Of a stretch of DNA of 64,000 nucleotides, positions 28,915 to 38,416 are shown one piece after another. Under the pieces are notes generated by a model, which saw only the letters and a program-made list of their open reading frames with translations, searched no databases and had not been told where the DNA came from. The stretch comes from Acidobacteriota bacterium (GTDB taxonomy: Bacteria > Acidobacteriota > Terriglobia > 2-12-FULL-54-10). How positions within the stretch are numbered: the first letter of the stretch is position 1; every line of letters begins with the position of its first letter. The position numbers and the translations under genes are program-made. The DNA lies in contig JACPPJ010000070.1 of the NCBI GenBank assembly GCA_016191085.1, positions 6,123-70,122 of the forward strand, written 5' to 3'.

Positions 28915-29769
28915 ATGCGACATATGCTGATTGCTGTGCTGCTGTTGTTTGCGTCGGTTCCCGCACATTCTCAGGGGATATCTGTGCAGGCTGCGCCAGA
29001 AGAAAAGAACACTATCATCGGTTCTTATCGCGGAGCCTATCGAAAACAAGTGTTTGTCGGCCCCACAGATCAAGTATTTCCGCACATTGCTACCGGTGGC
29101 GGCTGGGAAACGGTGATCGTGATTTTGAATATGGGAAGTGCAAGGGTGGATTTTAGGCTGCGTTTTTACGGGCAGGATGGGAGGCCCTTGGCCGTTACGT
29201 TCCGCGATTATCCAGACTTGAACATGGTCACAACGTCAGCCGCCGTAGGCTTCTTGGGTCCTAATGCCAGCTTCAACTTTGCTCTTTTCGACTCTACTCC
29301 GGACACTCGCGTAGGTTGGGCTTCCCTCGATTACGATTCCACGGGAGCGCGGATGGGAGGCTATGCAATCTTTCGCCAACGAGTACCCGGACGCCCAGAT
29401 TACGAAGCACTTGTGCCACTAAGTGCGTATGACGATTACAAGTTCTATATGCCCTTCGACAACATTCAGGGCTTTGTTACTGCTATGGCGCTGGTCAATC
29501 CGGCATCGAATCTCAGTAGCCGGATTACGATCACGGCTTTCACTCTTAGAGGGGTTGTGATAGATCGCATAGTCATTACCCTGCCGCCTGGAGGTCAGAC
29601 TGCCTTCGTACTTGCAGACCGCTTCCCTGCCTTCGCCAACACTCTCGGGACCTTGTACGTCGAAAGCGATACCACGAGAATGTCAGCGCTTGGACTTAGG
29701 TTTAATACAGCCGGCGGCAACGCGTTCTCCTCCATCCCAATCCTGAACTGGGGCGGCATGTTTCCGTAG
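28915..29769 (+). CDS. Secreted beta-rich hypothetical protein (satellite cargo)
   Basis: Signal peptide, FPHIATGGGWETVIVILN and an internal two-domain repeat; GAGGAG RBS. Confidence 0.8.
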   Translation: MRHMLIAVLLLFASVPAHSQGISVQAAPEEKNTIIGSYRGAYRKQVFVGPTDQVFPHIATGGGWETVIVILNMGSARVDFRLRFYGQDGRPLAVTFRDYPDLNMVTTSAAVGFLGPNASFNFALFDSTPDTRVGWASLDYDSTGARMGGYAIFRQRVPGRPDYEALVPLSAYDDYKFYMPFDNIQGFVTAMALVNPASNLSSRITITAFTLRGVVIDRIVITLPPGGQTAFVLADRFPAFANTLGTLYVESDTTRMSALGLRFNTAGGNAFSSIPILNWGGMFP

Positions 29770-29850
29770 ACCAGATCAGTCCCCCAGCAATTTCATGCCT
29801 GTTTGGTAGCGGTAGCCCATCTATAACGACATCGGCTTTGTCAAGCATGC

Positions 29851-30144
29851 TCATTGCACCTTCCCCTGTGGCTTCCATCGCTCGAACCATTCCTTAACTT
29901 CGTGGGAAATTCGGGGCGGATGAATGTACCGGCCGCCGGAAATCGCATAGCACCCGCCACAGTGCTCCGGGCCAGGGCAGCCGGTCCGGTTTTTGATTTG
30001 ATCTGTGCGCTCAAGTGCACGTTCTTTCCGCTCCGGCTCCAGAGTGATTAAAACGGTTGCGGCTTGTGCTGACGCCTCCGTTTGCTGCGTGCCGAATCCG
30101 GCATCCCGAAGCGCCTTCAGTGCCCGTTCCACTACGTCGTTCAT
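29851..30144 (-). CDS. Small hypothetical protein with Cys/His cluster
   Basis: CPGPEHCGGCY...IHPP; co-oriented with the replication operon. Confidence 0.6.
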   Translation of the reverse strand: MNDVVERALKALRDAGFGTQQTEASAQAATVLITLEPERKERALERTDQIKNRTGCPGPEHCGGCYAISGGRYIHPPRISHEVKEWFERWKPQGKVQ

Positions 30145-30283
30145 ATGCCCGCTAACCCTCACTACAACGTTTCAAACCGCAACATCCGCCACAAGGCCCG
30201 TCAGCGTTGACCAAAACGCATTTTTTCAAAGTGCAACAGAGCCGCCGTGTTGCGGTTGCGAAAAGTGCTTGAAACCAGCGTCA

Positions 30284-31495
30284 TTATTGGTTTGTGGCGC
30301 TTGTTGCACTTTCAGAACCGACATAGAGGGAAATAGCCTCTTCCAATTCCGCTTTTAAGTAGCCCTTCGGTGTCTTATCTCCGACGCGAACGCCTCTAGG
30401 CTCCGGGCCAAAGTGCTTCAGCATCCGGGCCAGTTTGTTTTGCGTCAACTCCCGCCCCGGCTCATTCCAGGGCGATACCGGCAGTGCTTTCAGCTTTGAA
30501 ACCAGTTCTTCTGACGGAACCTTCTCGTCAAAGGCAGCCAGCAGCTCTCCAATATCTGCCAGCAGTTTCAGCGGCAAGGAATCATCGGTGTCTGACTCTG
30601 CCTTTCCTTTGCTGAGGGCAACCGCTGCCTGTCTCAGTTCCGCTATCCGGCCCGGCGCGAGTACCGCACACACGGCAAACAACGACTGCCAGATTTCTTC
30701 ATTGCGGTCGCTCAAATCATCCATCTCAGGCAATTGTGAATACACCTGTGACACGTCCGCCGCTCGACGGACGGCCATTGACGCCAGCGCCGCTCGCATG
30801 GGGTCCGACTCCGTTTTTGCCTTTCGAGAAAGAAACCGTCCAACGGGTTCCCCGTTTTTGCGCCGCCGCATTCTGATGACAATGCTTCTATCGAACACGG
30901 TATCCGGCAGCGAGCCGATGGCGATGACGGCCTTCGGCCCGTAAACGCTGAAGGGCTGCAATTCATGTTTGGGTGGAACGCATCGGTACACAGAGGCACC
31001 TTGCCGGTATCCTGCATTCAGGATGCTGACGATTGCCTGTGATCGTTCGTTTCTCTTCTCTTTCAGAGCCTCCGCTTCATCTAGCAGCAGCGTGCAGCCG
31101 CCCTTGTCCACCAGCCGGAACAGTGCCGCCTCACTGATTCCGGTTGTCAGGACGGGATTCAGCGCCACACAGCCGAGCACTTCAGCCAAGCGAGTCTTAC
31201 CGCACCTCTTTGCGGGCGAGACGATGCTAAGGTACGGGAACGAGTCGAAACATTTGTATAGATACGTTGCAACCGTCCAGCACGCTAGGGGTAGAGCGGC
31301 TTTTTCCGGCAATATAAGGTACTTCGTCAGAAACGATTCCAACGCCGGAATAATTTCGGCTTCCACCAGCGCCGCCGCAGCGACGTTTGGCTTATTCCGG
31401 TACTCGTGATCCCGAGTGATTTTTTCCAGCAACACAGGATCATTCTGAATTGCACCTTCAACGGCAGCTTGCGCCGCGTAAAGATCGTTACTCAT
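30284..31495 (-). CDS. DUF3631-like P-loop replication protein
   Basis: PYLSIVSPAKRCGKT Walker A, LLLDEAE Walker B, ILNAGY, C-terminal LARMLKHFG..KGY. Confidence 0.82.
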   Translation of the reverse strand: MSNDLYAAQAAVEGAIQNDPVLLEKITRDHEYRNKPNVAAAALVEAEIIPALESFLTKYLILPEKAALPLACWTVATYLYKCFDSFPYLSIVSPAKRCGKTRLAEVLGCVALNPVLTTGISEAALFRLVDKGGCTLLLDEAEALKEKRNERSQAIVSILNAGYRQGASVYRCVPPKHELQPFSVYGPKAVIAIGSLPDTVFDRSIVIRMRRRKNGEPVGRFLSRKAKTESDPMRAALASMAVRRAADVSQVYSQLPEMDDLSDRNEEIWQSLFAVCAVLAPGRIAELRQAAVALSKGKAESDTDDSLPLKLLADIGELLAAFDEKVPSEELVSKLKALPVSPWNEPGRELTQNKLARMLKHFGPEPRGVRVGDKTPKGYLKAELEEAISLYVGSESATSATNQ

Positions 31496-32001
31496 GCCGC
31501 ATTCTCCCTAGCCGCAAATTCGCGGTATAGTTCCGCCGCGTTTTGCTCGAATTCGCATAGCTGCTGATAACGTGCGTCGGCGCGCTCCTGCCATTGCGCC
31601 AACACTTGCAGTTTTGTAAACACCTCCTCGCCGACAGACTGCCCGGCAGCGAGTTGCTGTTGACCGATTCGCCGCCATTCAGCTTCGTAGCGATCCAAGT
31701 CTCGTATAAGGGCTGCGCTCGCAATGCGCCTTTGTCGCGCCCACTCCGTAAATTGCTCTGCCTCACGTCGAACGATCTGACGTTGCCGCTGCTCTTCGTG
31801 GGTGTCGCGCCTTTGCTCCATGCCAAGCTCGCGGGCCAGAGTCCAGGCGTTCCCGCTCCAGCCGCATTTGTGGCAATGGAAAACTTCAGCGTTGTAACTT
31901 CCAGTCCGCCGCGCGTGGCATTCCGGGCAGTCGAACCGGCTGTTTCCGCGCAACTCCGCGCCGGCCTGCAGTAGCAGTTCCGGGATCGTCGCCGCGCTCA
32001 T
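31492..32001 (-). CDS. Zn-finger protein (primase Zn-binding-like)
   Basis: CPEC...FHCHKCGWSGN; ATGA overlaps on both sides. Confidence 0.7.
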   Translation of the reverse strand: MSAATIPELLLQAGAELRGNSRFDCPECHARRTGSYNAEVFHCHKCGWSGNAWTLARELGMEQRRDTHEEQRQRQIVRREAEQFTEWARQRRIASAALIRDLDRYEAEWRRIGQQQLAAGQSVGEEVFTKLQVLAQWQERADARYQQLCEFEQNAAELYREFAARENAA

Positions 32002-32195
32002 GGCTCGCCTGCTGTGTTTTGTGAGTACGGCCGATTTTTTCCCGGCCCGCCGCTGCGTTCCAAGAGAGCCAGCAAGAACCGCCGATGGCCCGCCATAAAT
32101 CCCGCAGCGCGCTTGCGAAATTGCGGCGTGCATCGTTCGAGCGCCAGCCGGTGCAATTCTTCGAGCGTCAACCCTTCCAATTCTTCGCGCCTCAT
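31998..32195 (-). CDS. Small hypothetical protein
   Basis: Translationally coupled (ATGA) to both neighbours. Confidence 0.65.
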   Translation of the reverse strand: MRREELEGLTLEELHRLALERCTPQFRKRAAGFMAGHRRFLLALLERSGGPGKNRPYSQNTAGEP

Positions 32196-32383
32196 TGCCC
32201 GCCCCCGTTCCCCGCCGTCTCTGGGCTACGGGCAAACTTTTCCAGAGCTACCCTCGGAATTAGGGTTCTCTTTCCCAATTTCCGCGCCGGGATCTTCCCT
32301 TGCGCGATCATGTAGTCAAGGTTCCGAACCGAAATGCTCAATGCCTTTGCAGCGTCCAAACGCGATACCAAAATCTGCTCCAT
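32192..32383 (-). CDS. Excisionase / AlpA-like HTH protein
   Basis: LVSRLDAAKALSISVRNLDYMIAQGKIPARKLGKRTLIP; AAAGGAG RBS. Confidence 0.9.
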   Translation of the reverse strand: MEQILVSRLDAAKALSISVRNLDYMIAQGKIPARKLGKRTLIPRVALEKFARSPETAGNGGGQ

Positions 32384-32445
32384 GCGTTGTGCTCCTTTTG
32401 CTGAATGCGAGTTGTTGCTGCTTTCCACTTGTCTCCAGAAATGCG

Positions 32446-32483
32446 AAAAGCCCCTGAGAACCGTACTTGCGATTCTCAGGGGC
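32446..32483 (-). terminator. Terminator/attenuator hairpin in the xis operon leader
   Basis: GCCCCTGAGAA, 12-nt loop, TTCTCAGGGGC, then TTTT on the minus strand. Confidence 0.7.
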
Positions 32484-32590
32484 CTTGATTTTCCCGGTTC
32501 CCCGGGGTCTTGGTTGTCCCTACAAACTAACGATCAATCCTGGTTTGGAGATGCGGCTCCACTTCCGCCGGATTCCCCTCTTCCATCCTC

Positions 32591-32618
32591 ACTATAAACT
32601 CACTGGATTTTTTGTCAA
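32591..32618 (-). promoter_or_regulatory. Sigma70 promoter of the xis-replication operon
   Basis: TTGACA, 16-nt spacer, TATAGT. Confidence 0.7.
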
Positions 32619-32807
32619 CTAAAAAGTTGGCTCTGGAGCTTCGCATCGCTTTCAGGTGCATCTTTGTGCAGTTCCCGTAGTTCGATATTCGCCCGCAGAA
32701 ACAGAGCCTCCTTGATCCGCCCAAGCTCTCCAGACAGGTCTCATCCGCCCAATACGGCGGGAATTAAAAACCGAGAGAGCCAACCCCCAATCACCTATTC
32801 CAGCGGC

Positions 32808-33242
32808 TTATTTCGCGTACGCCATTTCTGCCGCGAACTGTGCTTCCCACATGGCATCTAAGATTTCCTCGAATGGGACCCCAAACCGTTCCTCAATCTC
32901 TTCGATTTCTTTTTTTACCCGGCTCGTGTATTCATACACGCCCAGCCGGTTCATACATGCCACGGCGCGTCGCGCCTGCGCATAATGAAGTCCGCTGCGC
33001 AGCACCAGCATGACGGAGCGGTACAATGTCTCTGAAACATCATGCCTTAATTCCGAGAAGGCTTCCTCTCGGAGTTCTTGAATGCGATCCTGAATCTCAC
33101 CCTTTCTAACCCACTTGTATGCTCGCGTGTGGGCGGAGCGCCGAGGACATCCGCTCCTGATTGCGGCCAGCGTTCCATTGCCTGTCAAGGCGTAGTGCTG
33201 CGCAAACAATTCCTGCCTGCCCGTGAGCCTTGCTGTTTTCAT
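32808..33242 (-). CDS. terS: Terminase small subunit-like protein
   Basis: LTGRQELFAQHYALTGNGTLAAIRSG...SAH matches the TerS N-terminal HTH pattern. Confidence 0.8.
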   Translation of the reverse strand: MKTARLTGRQELFAQHYALTGNGTLAAIRSGCPRRSAHTRAYKWVRKGEIQDRIQELREEAFSELRHDVSETLYRSVMLVLRSGLHYAQARRAVACMNRLGVYEYTSRVKKEIEEIEERFGVPFEEILDAMWEAQFAAEMAYAK

Positions 33243-33543
33243 GTCCCTATTCTACCAAACGAAAATTTTCTGAATTTTTTTTTTGGAAAAAAGGCGGGCA
33301 ATGAATTCGAGAGAGGAACAGGGTTCCCATAGCCCTATATGCCTATTGAGATGCGGGGGACCCTACCCCCATGTGGCCCTGTCCCCCGGTTCCCCGGTGT
33401 CAGTTCTGGTGTCAGTTGCGTTTCGGGTTTGGTGCGCTCCGCTGCGCCGCGTTGCAGCGAGACGTTGCGCTGAAACCCCGATAAACATTGGTGAATTTCG
33501 CTGTGCTGCATTTTCGTGCGCTCCCGTGCTTTTGCCCCATTTA

Positions 33544-33604
33544 TAGATTCAGGTTCTAGTGCCCGCAAGGGCGTGGAGGTTCGAGTCCTCTCATCCGCAC
33601 CAAT
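33544..33604 (+). repeat. attR: duplicated 3' part of tRNA-Leu
   Basis: Identical to 26968-27028 except the variable loop, GCAA vs TAAC. Confidence 0.95.
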
Positions 33605-33736
33605 ACAGTCATTGAAGCTCAATGACTTGCATGAGACCACTTCCCACAGAAGCACGATCTGTGGCGTTTCTGTTCCCATTTTGTCAGGAAGCGGGGGCAC
33701 GGAAACTTTTGGCCGTTGCTCCGCGCATTGCTGCAC

Positions 33737-33880
33737 TATTTACGCAGGTACTCCGACCGGGGTTTTCAAAACCCCTAATAGCGGCGAAACATGGCGGCCA
33801 GTCGATTCCGATCTGGCGAGTTCCCCTGGGTGTGTGGGGGTATTTTCAAGAGCACGGATGATTGGCAGAGTTGGGCGCGA
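33737..33880 (+). pseudogene. Degraded BNR/Asp-box repeat protein fragment
   Basis: IYAGTPTGVFKTPNSGETW and, in another frame, GGIFKSTDDWQSW. Confidence 0.5.
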
Positions 33881-34081
33881 CCCTGCGCCGCAGCTACCTG
33901 GATGCGAGATGGATGGACGGTGGAGCCGATTAGTATCGGCTCCACTTTGAGTTGCACTATAACTGTCGAGAGGCATTGGCGAACTTATGTCGCACACCGC
34001 TGGATTTAGCTTAGCTCGGGCCGTCCTGCTCTTGCAGCGCGGCCTCCTTGCGCTGCGAACTCAAACGCTCAAGATGACTAC

Positions 34082-34831
34082 TTACTTTCTCGCTTCATGC
34101 TTCGCCGAATACTGCTCCAGCGCTCGTATTAGAGGATGAGCGGCAGGCGGTGGAGTGATGTTGCCGGCTAGCAAGAGCTCCCTCGCAGAGACAGCTTTGC
34201 CATACAGCTCACGATTATCGTCCTTGTCAGCCTTAACAACAGCACCTTCCAACGCCAACCCACCAAACACGCCACGAGAACGCGAGTAAGTCAGAATCTT
34301 AGCGGCCATCTTAATATCGGTGTTGGCACTTACCGTACGCCCGACCGGCCCTGCAGCCACAGAAGCATTTCCGCCCAGTGTGAACTTGTCATCCAGTAGA
34401 TCTTCCATTCCATCCCGGTTCATAATCAACATGACTAAATCCGTCTGAGATACGCCTGCCTGAAAACCCCAACTTCCGCCCGAGATCTCATAGGCGGCTG
34501 GAGGTCCCCAACCGCCACCCTGCCTACGGCAGGTCACGAAACCGTCCCCGTGCCTTCCGCCCACAATGAGAGCCGCCTTCGTCACGCTAGGGAATATGCC
34601 GACGCAATCAGCATCTTCAAATAGTTCCTGTGGAATGCCCTTGTCCGGTGTCCTCATGATTTCCTGGAACACTTCGGCAGCTTCCGCAAGCTTTTCAGCT
34701 TGTTCGCCGGCTCGTTGTGGCTCCTGTTTTTCTGGCCCGGCAGTGTTTTCTTGTGCTTCTTCCGAACTCCAAGCTCCTGTTGTTAGAACCAAAAGCCCGG
34801 AGAGGAAAATGGTTGGAAATATGCTACGCAT
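34082..34831 (-). CDS. Lipid-binding SYLF (Ysc84) domain protein
   Basis: PDKGIP, GGSWGFQAG, AGPVGR and YSRSRGVFGG; signal peptide. Confidence 0.92.
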   Translation of the reverse strand: MRSIFPTIFLSGLLVLTTGAWSSEEAQENTAGPEKQEPQRAGEQAEKLAEAAEVFQEIMRTPDKGIPQELFEDADCVGIFPSVTKAALIVGGRHGDGFVTCRRQGGGWGPPAAYEISGGSWGFQAGVSQTDLVMLIMNRDGMEDLLDDKFTLGGNASVAAGPVGRTVSANTDIKMAAKILTYSRSRGVFGGLALEGAVVKADKDDNRELYGKAVSARELLLAGNITPPPAAHPLIRALEQYSAKHEARK

Positions 34832-35296
34832 TGGAACGACCTCCATACTGCCCGTGACGTCTGCGTCACGAGCAACACTATTTTTGGGCTTGCGATGTGG
34901 CGCCAGCTCATTCATTGTGATACCAGGCGTCACATTCGCTGGCACACATGGTTCACTCTTTTTTGTTTGATGATTTGACATGTTTTTTCGGCAGCACGAT
35001 TAAAGAGCTTCCTTTCTGGTCCAGGGAGTCGGATTTGCCGGAGGATTTCTCGTCGAGCTCATGCCAAAGCGCTGGATTCAAATCAGCGGTTTGGCAGCGC
35101 GGAGTTATGCCTAAAACCCGCGAAAACATGATTTTAAGGTGAATCCGAGAGACAATTATTTGTATCGTCTCACAGAGTAGCGCAACCAGGGGGAAATTCG
35201 AGGACGAGCTGCAACCACCAATTCGTCTCGTCTGCCCGTAAAGAGGAGTTCCGCAATCCCATCCGCCATTCCCGATTTCGAATGTAGGGGGCTTGA

Positions 35297-35725
35297 TTGT
35301 CCGCAATATTTGACCGCATGATACGGGCCGCCAGGCTTGATTCTCACGTTTACGAGGAAGTAGAAGCTGATCGCAGCGCCACAGCACAGGCGATGTTGGT
35401 GGTGATTCTTGCAAGTGTGGCAATGGGACTGAGTTCCTTCTCGCGAGTCGGAGTGAGGGGTCTCTTAGGCGGCACACTGGCTGCTTTGGTTGCATGGTTT
35501 GTGTGGGCATTGCTCACGTATTGGATCGGCACGCGCCTTCTTCCAGAACCTCAGACGCAAGCGAATTTGGGGCAGATGTTGCGAACCACCGGCTTTTCCA
35601 GCGCTCCCGGCGTGCTCCGGATTTTCACATTCATTCCGGGGCTGTGGAATCTGGTGATCATAAAGAGGTCTGGCGGGTCGAGCCGCCGAACGGTGACGAC
35701 ATGGCCCGATTCGCATTCTCACTGA
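35297..35725 (+). pseudogene. YIP1-family membrane protein, apparently 3'-truncated
   Basis: RMIRAARLD..VYEEVEAD..AT.QA; the hydrophobic pattern stops after IPGLWNLVII. Confidence 0.55.
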
Positions 35726-35923
35726 CTAACGGAAATGGTCCTGGAACTATCAGGATTCCTCCCTAGATGATTTGCCGGATTGTTTCATTCCCTCGGTGGT
35801 GAGAGTCTAAGTACATCGAGATTGCGGATTATGGTGTGTGGACGGATTTGGCTGCGCAACTACCTGCCTTTCGATTCCATTCAATTCCCAACCGCAACGA
35901 GAGTATAAGGAGAGTAATAGAGT

Positions 35924-36253
35924 ATGAAAAACCTGTTCGTCGGTAACATCAGCTTCCAGACCACAGAAAGTGAACTGCGAGCTGCTTTCGAGCAATTTGG
36001 CGAAATCGATCGCGTCCGGATCATGACCGACCGCGACACGGGCCGTTCCCGCGGGTTTGCTTTCGTGGAGATGCCCGATGAGGAAGAGGCCTCCAAGGCT
36101 ATTGCGGGATTGAATGGAAAAGAAGTGGGTGGGCGCGTAATCAACGTAAGCGAGGCGCGGCCCAAACCAGAAAGAATTGGACCTAGATCTACCTACGCTG
36201 GCAGCCGTGATTCCTATTCCCGTCCTCGCGACTACACACGCCGTAGCTCCTAA
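35924..36253 (+). CDS. RRM RNA-binding protein
   Basis: RNP2 LFVGNI and RNP1 RGFAFVEM. Confidence 0.96.
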   Translation: MKNLFVGNISFQTTESELRAAFEQFGEIDRVRIMTDRDTGRSRGFAFVEMPDEEEASKAIAGLNGKEVGGRVINVSEARPKPERIGPRSTYAGSRDSYSRPRDYTRRSS

Positions 36254-36358
36254 TACTGCGTTGCTGTTTTTGGCCTGTCGTCCTGTGTCTGTGAGCCTGA
36301 GGGCTTGCAGACACGGACGAGCAGGATACGTGTTGCACCTTCGCAAGCTGACACCGGT

Positions 36359-37804
36359 TTACGCCCCGGAAGGGTTAACCACCAGCACGCGAGGCTCGGT
36401 GAACTCCTGAATCGCGTAGCGCACGCCTTCGCGACCTATGCCGGAGTCTTTTGTCCCGCCGTACGGCATAGGATCAGCGCGATACGTTGGAACATCGTTG
36501 ACGATGATGCCGCCCGCCTCGAGTTTTTCGAAGGCCTGCATGATGGCGCGCATGTCGTTGGTGAAGACTCCAGCTTGCAGCCCGTAAGGGGAGTCATTGA
36601 TCCGGGCGAGCGCATCTTCGATGTTGTCGTAGCTTTCCAGAGTAACAACGGGCGCAAATACCTCTTCCGCGCACACGTTCATCTCAGGCTTGGTCCGGGT
36701 CAGAACCGTCGGCTGCAGGAATGAGCCGTCGCGTTCGCCGCCGGCCAGCAGATGCGCGCCGGCATTCACGGCATCCTGGATCCAGCCCTCCGCCCGCTGC
36801 GCCGCCTGAGCCGAAATCATCGGACCCATATCGGTTTGCTCGGACAGGGGATCTCCCAGGCGCAGACGCTTGACGCGGTCGAGCAGCTTCGACGCGAACT
36901 CATCAAAGGCCGGTTGGTGAACGTAGATCCGCTGCACGGAGATGCAGACCTGTCCGGAATAGGCGAATCCGCCCATCACGCATCGGTCGGCAGCAAAATC
37001 GAGATTGGCATCCGAATGAATCGCCACTCCGGCATTGCCTCCCAGCTCCAGGACGACTCGTTTCTTTCCCGCCTTCGCTTTCAGCGCCCATCCCACGGCT
37101 GCGCTACCTGTGAACGACAGCACTTTCAGGCGATCATCCTCCACCATGCCTTGAGCTTCGGGAATCCCGCAGAGCAGGGAATTGACCGCTCCGGGAGGCG
37201 CACCGGCTTCGTGTGCAATGCGGGCCAGCCCCATGGTCGAAAGCGGCGCCTGTGGCGGTGGTTTCAGGATGGCCGAGGCTCCACACGCCAGCGCCGGGGC
37301 GAGCTTGTGAGCGACCAAGTTTACAGGGAAGTTAAAAGGCGTGATCGCCAGCACCGGACCTACTGGAAATCTCCGCACCAGTGCAAAGCGGCCGGTGGAG
37401 TTCGCATCGAGGTCCAGCGGTAGCCATTCACCACGGATTCGCTTGCTTTCTTCCAGCGCGTCAGTGAACGTGAGCACGGCGCGCGTAGCTTCAGCGCGGG
37501 CCATCTTGATGGGCTTGCCGGCCTCGAGCGCAATCAGGCGAGCGATCGTTTCCTGCTGGGCTTTCAGCGCCTGCACGATGTTCTGGAGTATCTCGGCGCG
37601 ACGCCACGTCGGCAGAGATCGGGTTTGGTGGAACGCCTGTGAAGCAGCCTGTACCGCTTGCTCCACTTGCTCAGGCGAGGCTTCATACGTGATGCCGACC
37701 ACTTCACCGTTGTATGGTGAGCGAATCTCAACAGGATGTGGAGACGTCTTCCATTCTCCGGCGGCTAGAAACTTATGTTCTTGAGCCAACGTTTGAGTAC
37801 TCAT
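36359..37804 (-). CDS. Aldehyde dehydrogenase family protein
   Basis: ITPFNFP, FTGS, LELGGN, GQVCIS and EEVFAP. Confidence 0.96.
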   Translation of the reverse strand: MSTQTLAQEHKFLAAGEWKTSPHPVEIRSPYNGEVVGITYEASPEQVEQAVQAASQAFHQTRSLPTWRRAEILQNIVQALKAQQETIARLIALEAGKPIKMARAEATRAVLTFTDALEESKRIRGEWLPLDLDANSTGRFALVRRFPVGPVLAITPFNFPVNLVAHKLAPALACGASAILKPPPQAPLSTMGLARIAHEAGAPPGAVNSLLCGIPEAQGMVEDDRLKVLSFTGSAAVGWALKAKAGKKRVVLELGGNAGVAIHSDANLDFAADRCVMGGFAYSGQVCISVQRIYVHQPAFDEFASKLLDRVKRLRLGDPLSEQTDMGPMISAQAAQRAEGWIQDAVNAGAHLLAGGERDGSFLQPTVLTRTKPEMNVCAEEVFAPVVTLESYDNIEDALARINDSPYGLQAGVFTNDMRAIMQAFEKLEAGGIIVNDVPTYRADPMPYGGTKDSGIGREGVRYAIQEFTEPRVLVVNPSGA

Positions 37805-37996
37805 AATCCAATTGTAAGACGAATTTGGCGTGAGCGCAGGGCGACAGAGGCACAGAGGTGTAAGCTTTGCTTAGGTCTTGCCACACCTCTTATCACATCC
37901 TTCTGTAAGTAATAATACAGACACACGTGCTGGGCCTGGAGAAGAATGTACTGTCTCCCAGTGTTGCAGCTAACTTGGTTAGCGGGAGGGATTGAG

Positions 37997-38416
37997 ATGG
38001 ACAACCCGAAGCGTCTGCGGGTGTTGGCCCTCAGAGGTGATGCTCCAGGTGACGAGGATCTTTTCCGCCGTCTGCAAGATCAGGTATTGCTAACCTCGGC
38101 GTGGACTATAGAGGAATTAGAAGTGCTGCTGAAGGGAGGCAGCTACGACCTGTTTCTGTGTACCCGCTTGTTTGGAGGGCGCGACTGCCGCGCGGCCTTC
38201 CGGCTGGTACGGCAGAATGCTCCGCTGCTGCCTGCCGTCTCCTACTGCACGGAAGGCCGGCACGCGAACAAGCTGCACATCATGCAAGCCGGGGCGGCCG
38301 GAATTGTGCCGCAGAATTTTTTTGCAAGTCCGGTACTTTCGATGTTGGAGAAGTTAGCGTTGCGCGGAGGTATCGAATCTGCAGAAGTGACACGAACGCA
38401 GTCTCGGGCTTCATGA
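37997..38416 (+). CDS. Degenerate receiver-domain-like protein
   Basis: GSYDLFL..., PLLPAV and MQAGAAG pattern; lacks the canonical Asp/Lys. Confidence 0.45.
   Translation: MDNPKRLRVLALRGDAPGDEDLFRRLQDQVLLTSAWTIEELEVLLKGGSYDLFLCTRLFGGRDCRAAFRLVRQNAPLLPAVSYCTEGRHANKLHIMQAGAAGIVPQNFFASPVLSMLEKLALRGGIESAEVTRTQSRAS

Larger units (their letters stand above)
26968..33604. mobile_element. Phage-satellite (PICI-like) integrated element, ~6.6 kb
   Basis: 61-bp direct repeats at 26968-27028 and 33544-33604; int, 2 XRE, DUF3631-like, xis and terS; no capsid or tail genes. Confidence 0.9.

Noticed and set aside
33544..33602. Second tRNA-Leu gene
   Set aside because: Lacks the 5' acceptor strand and D-arm; it is attR.
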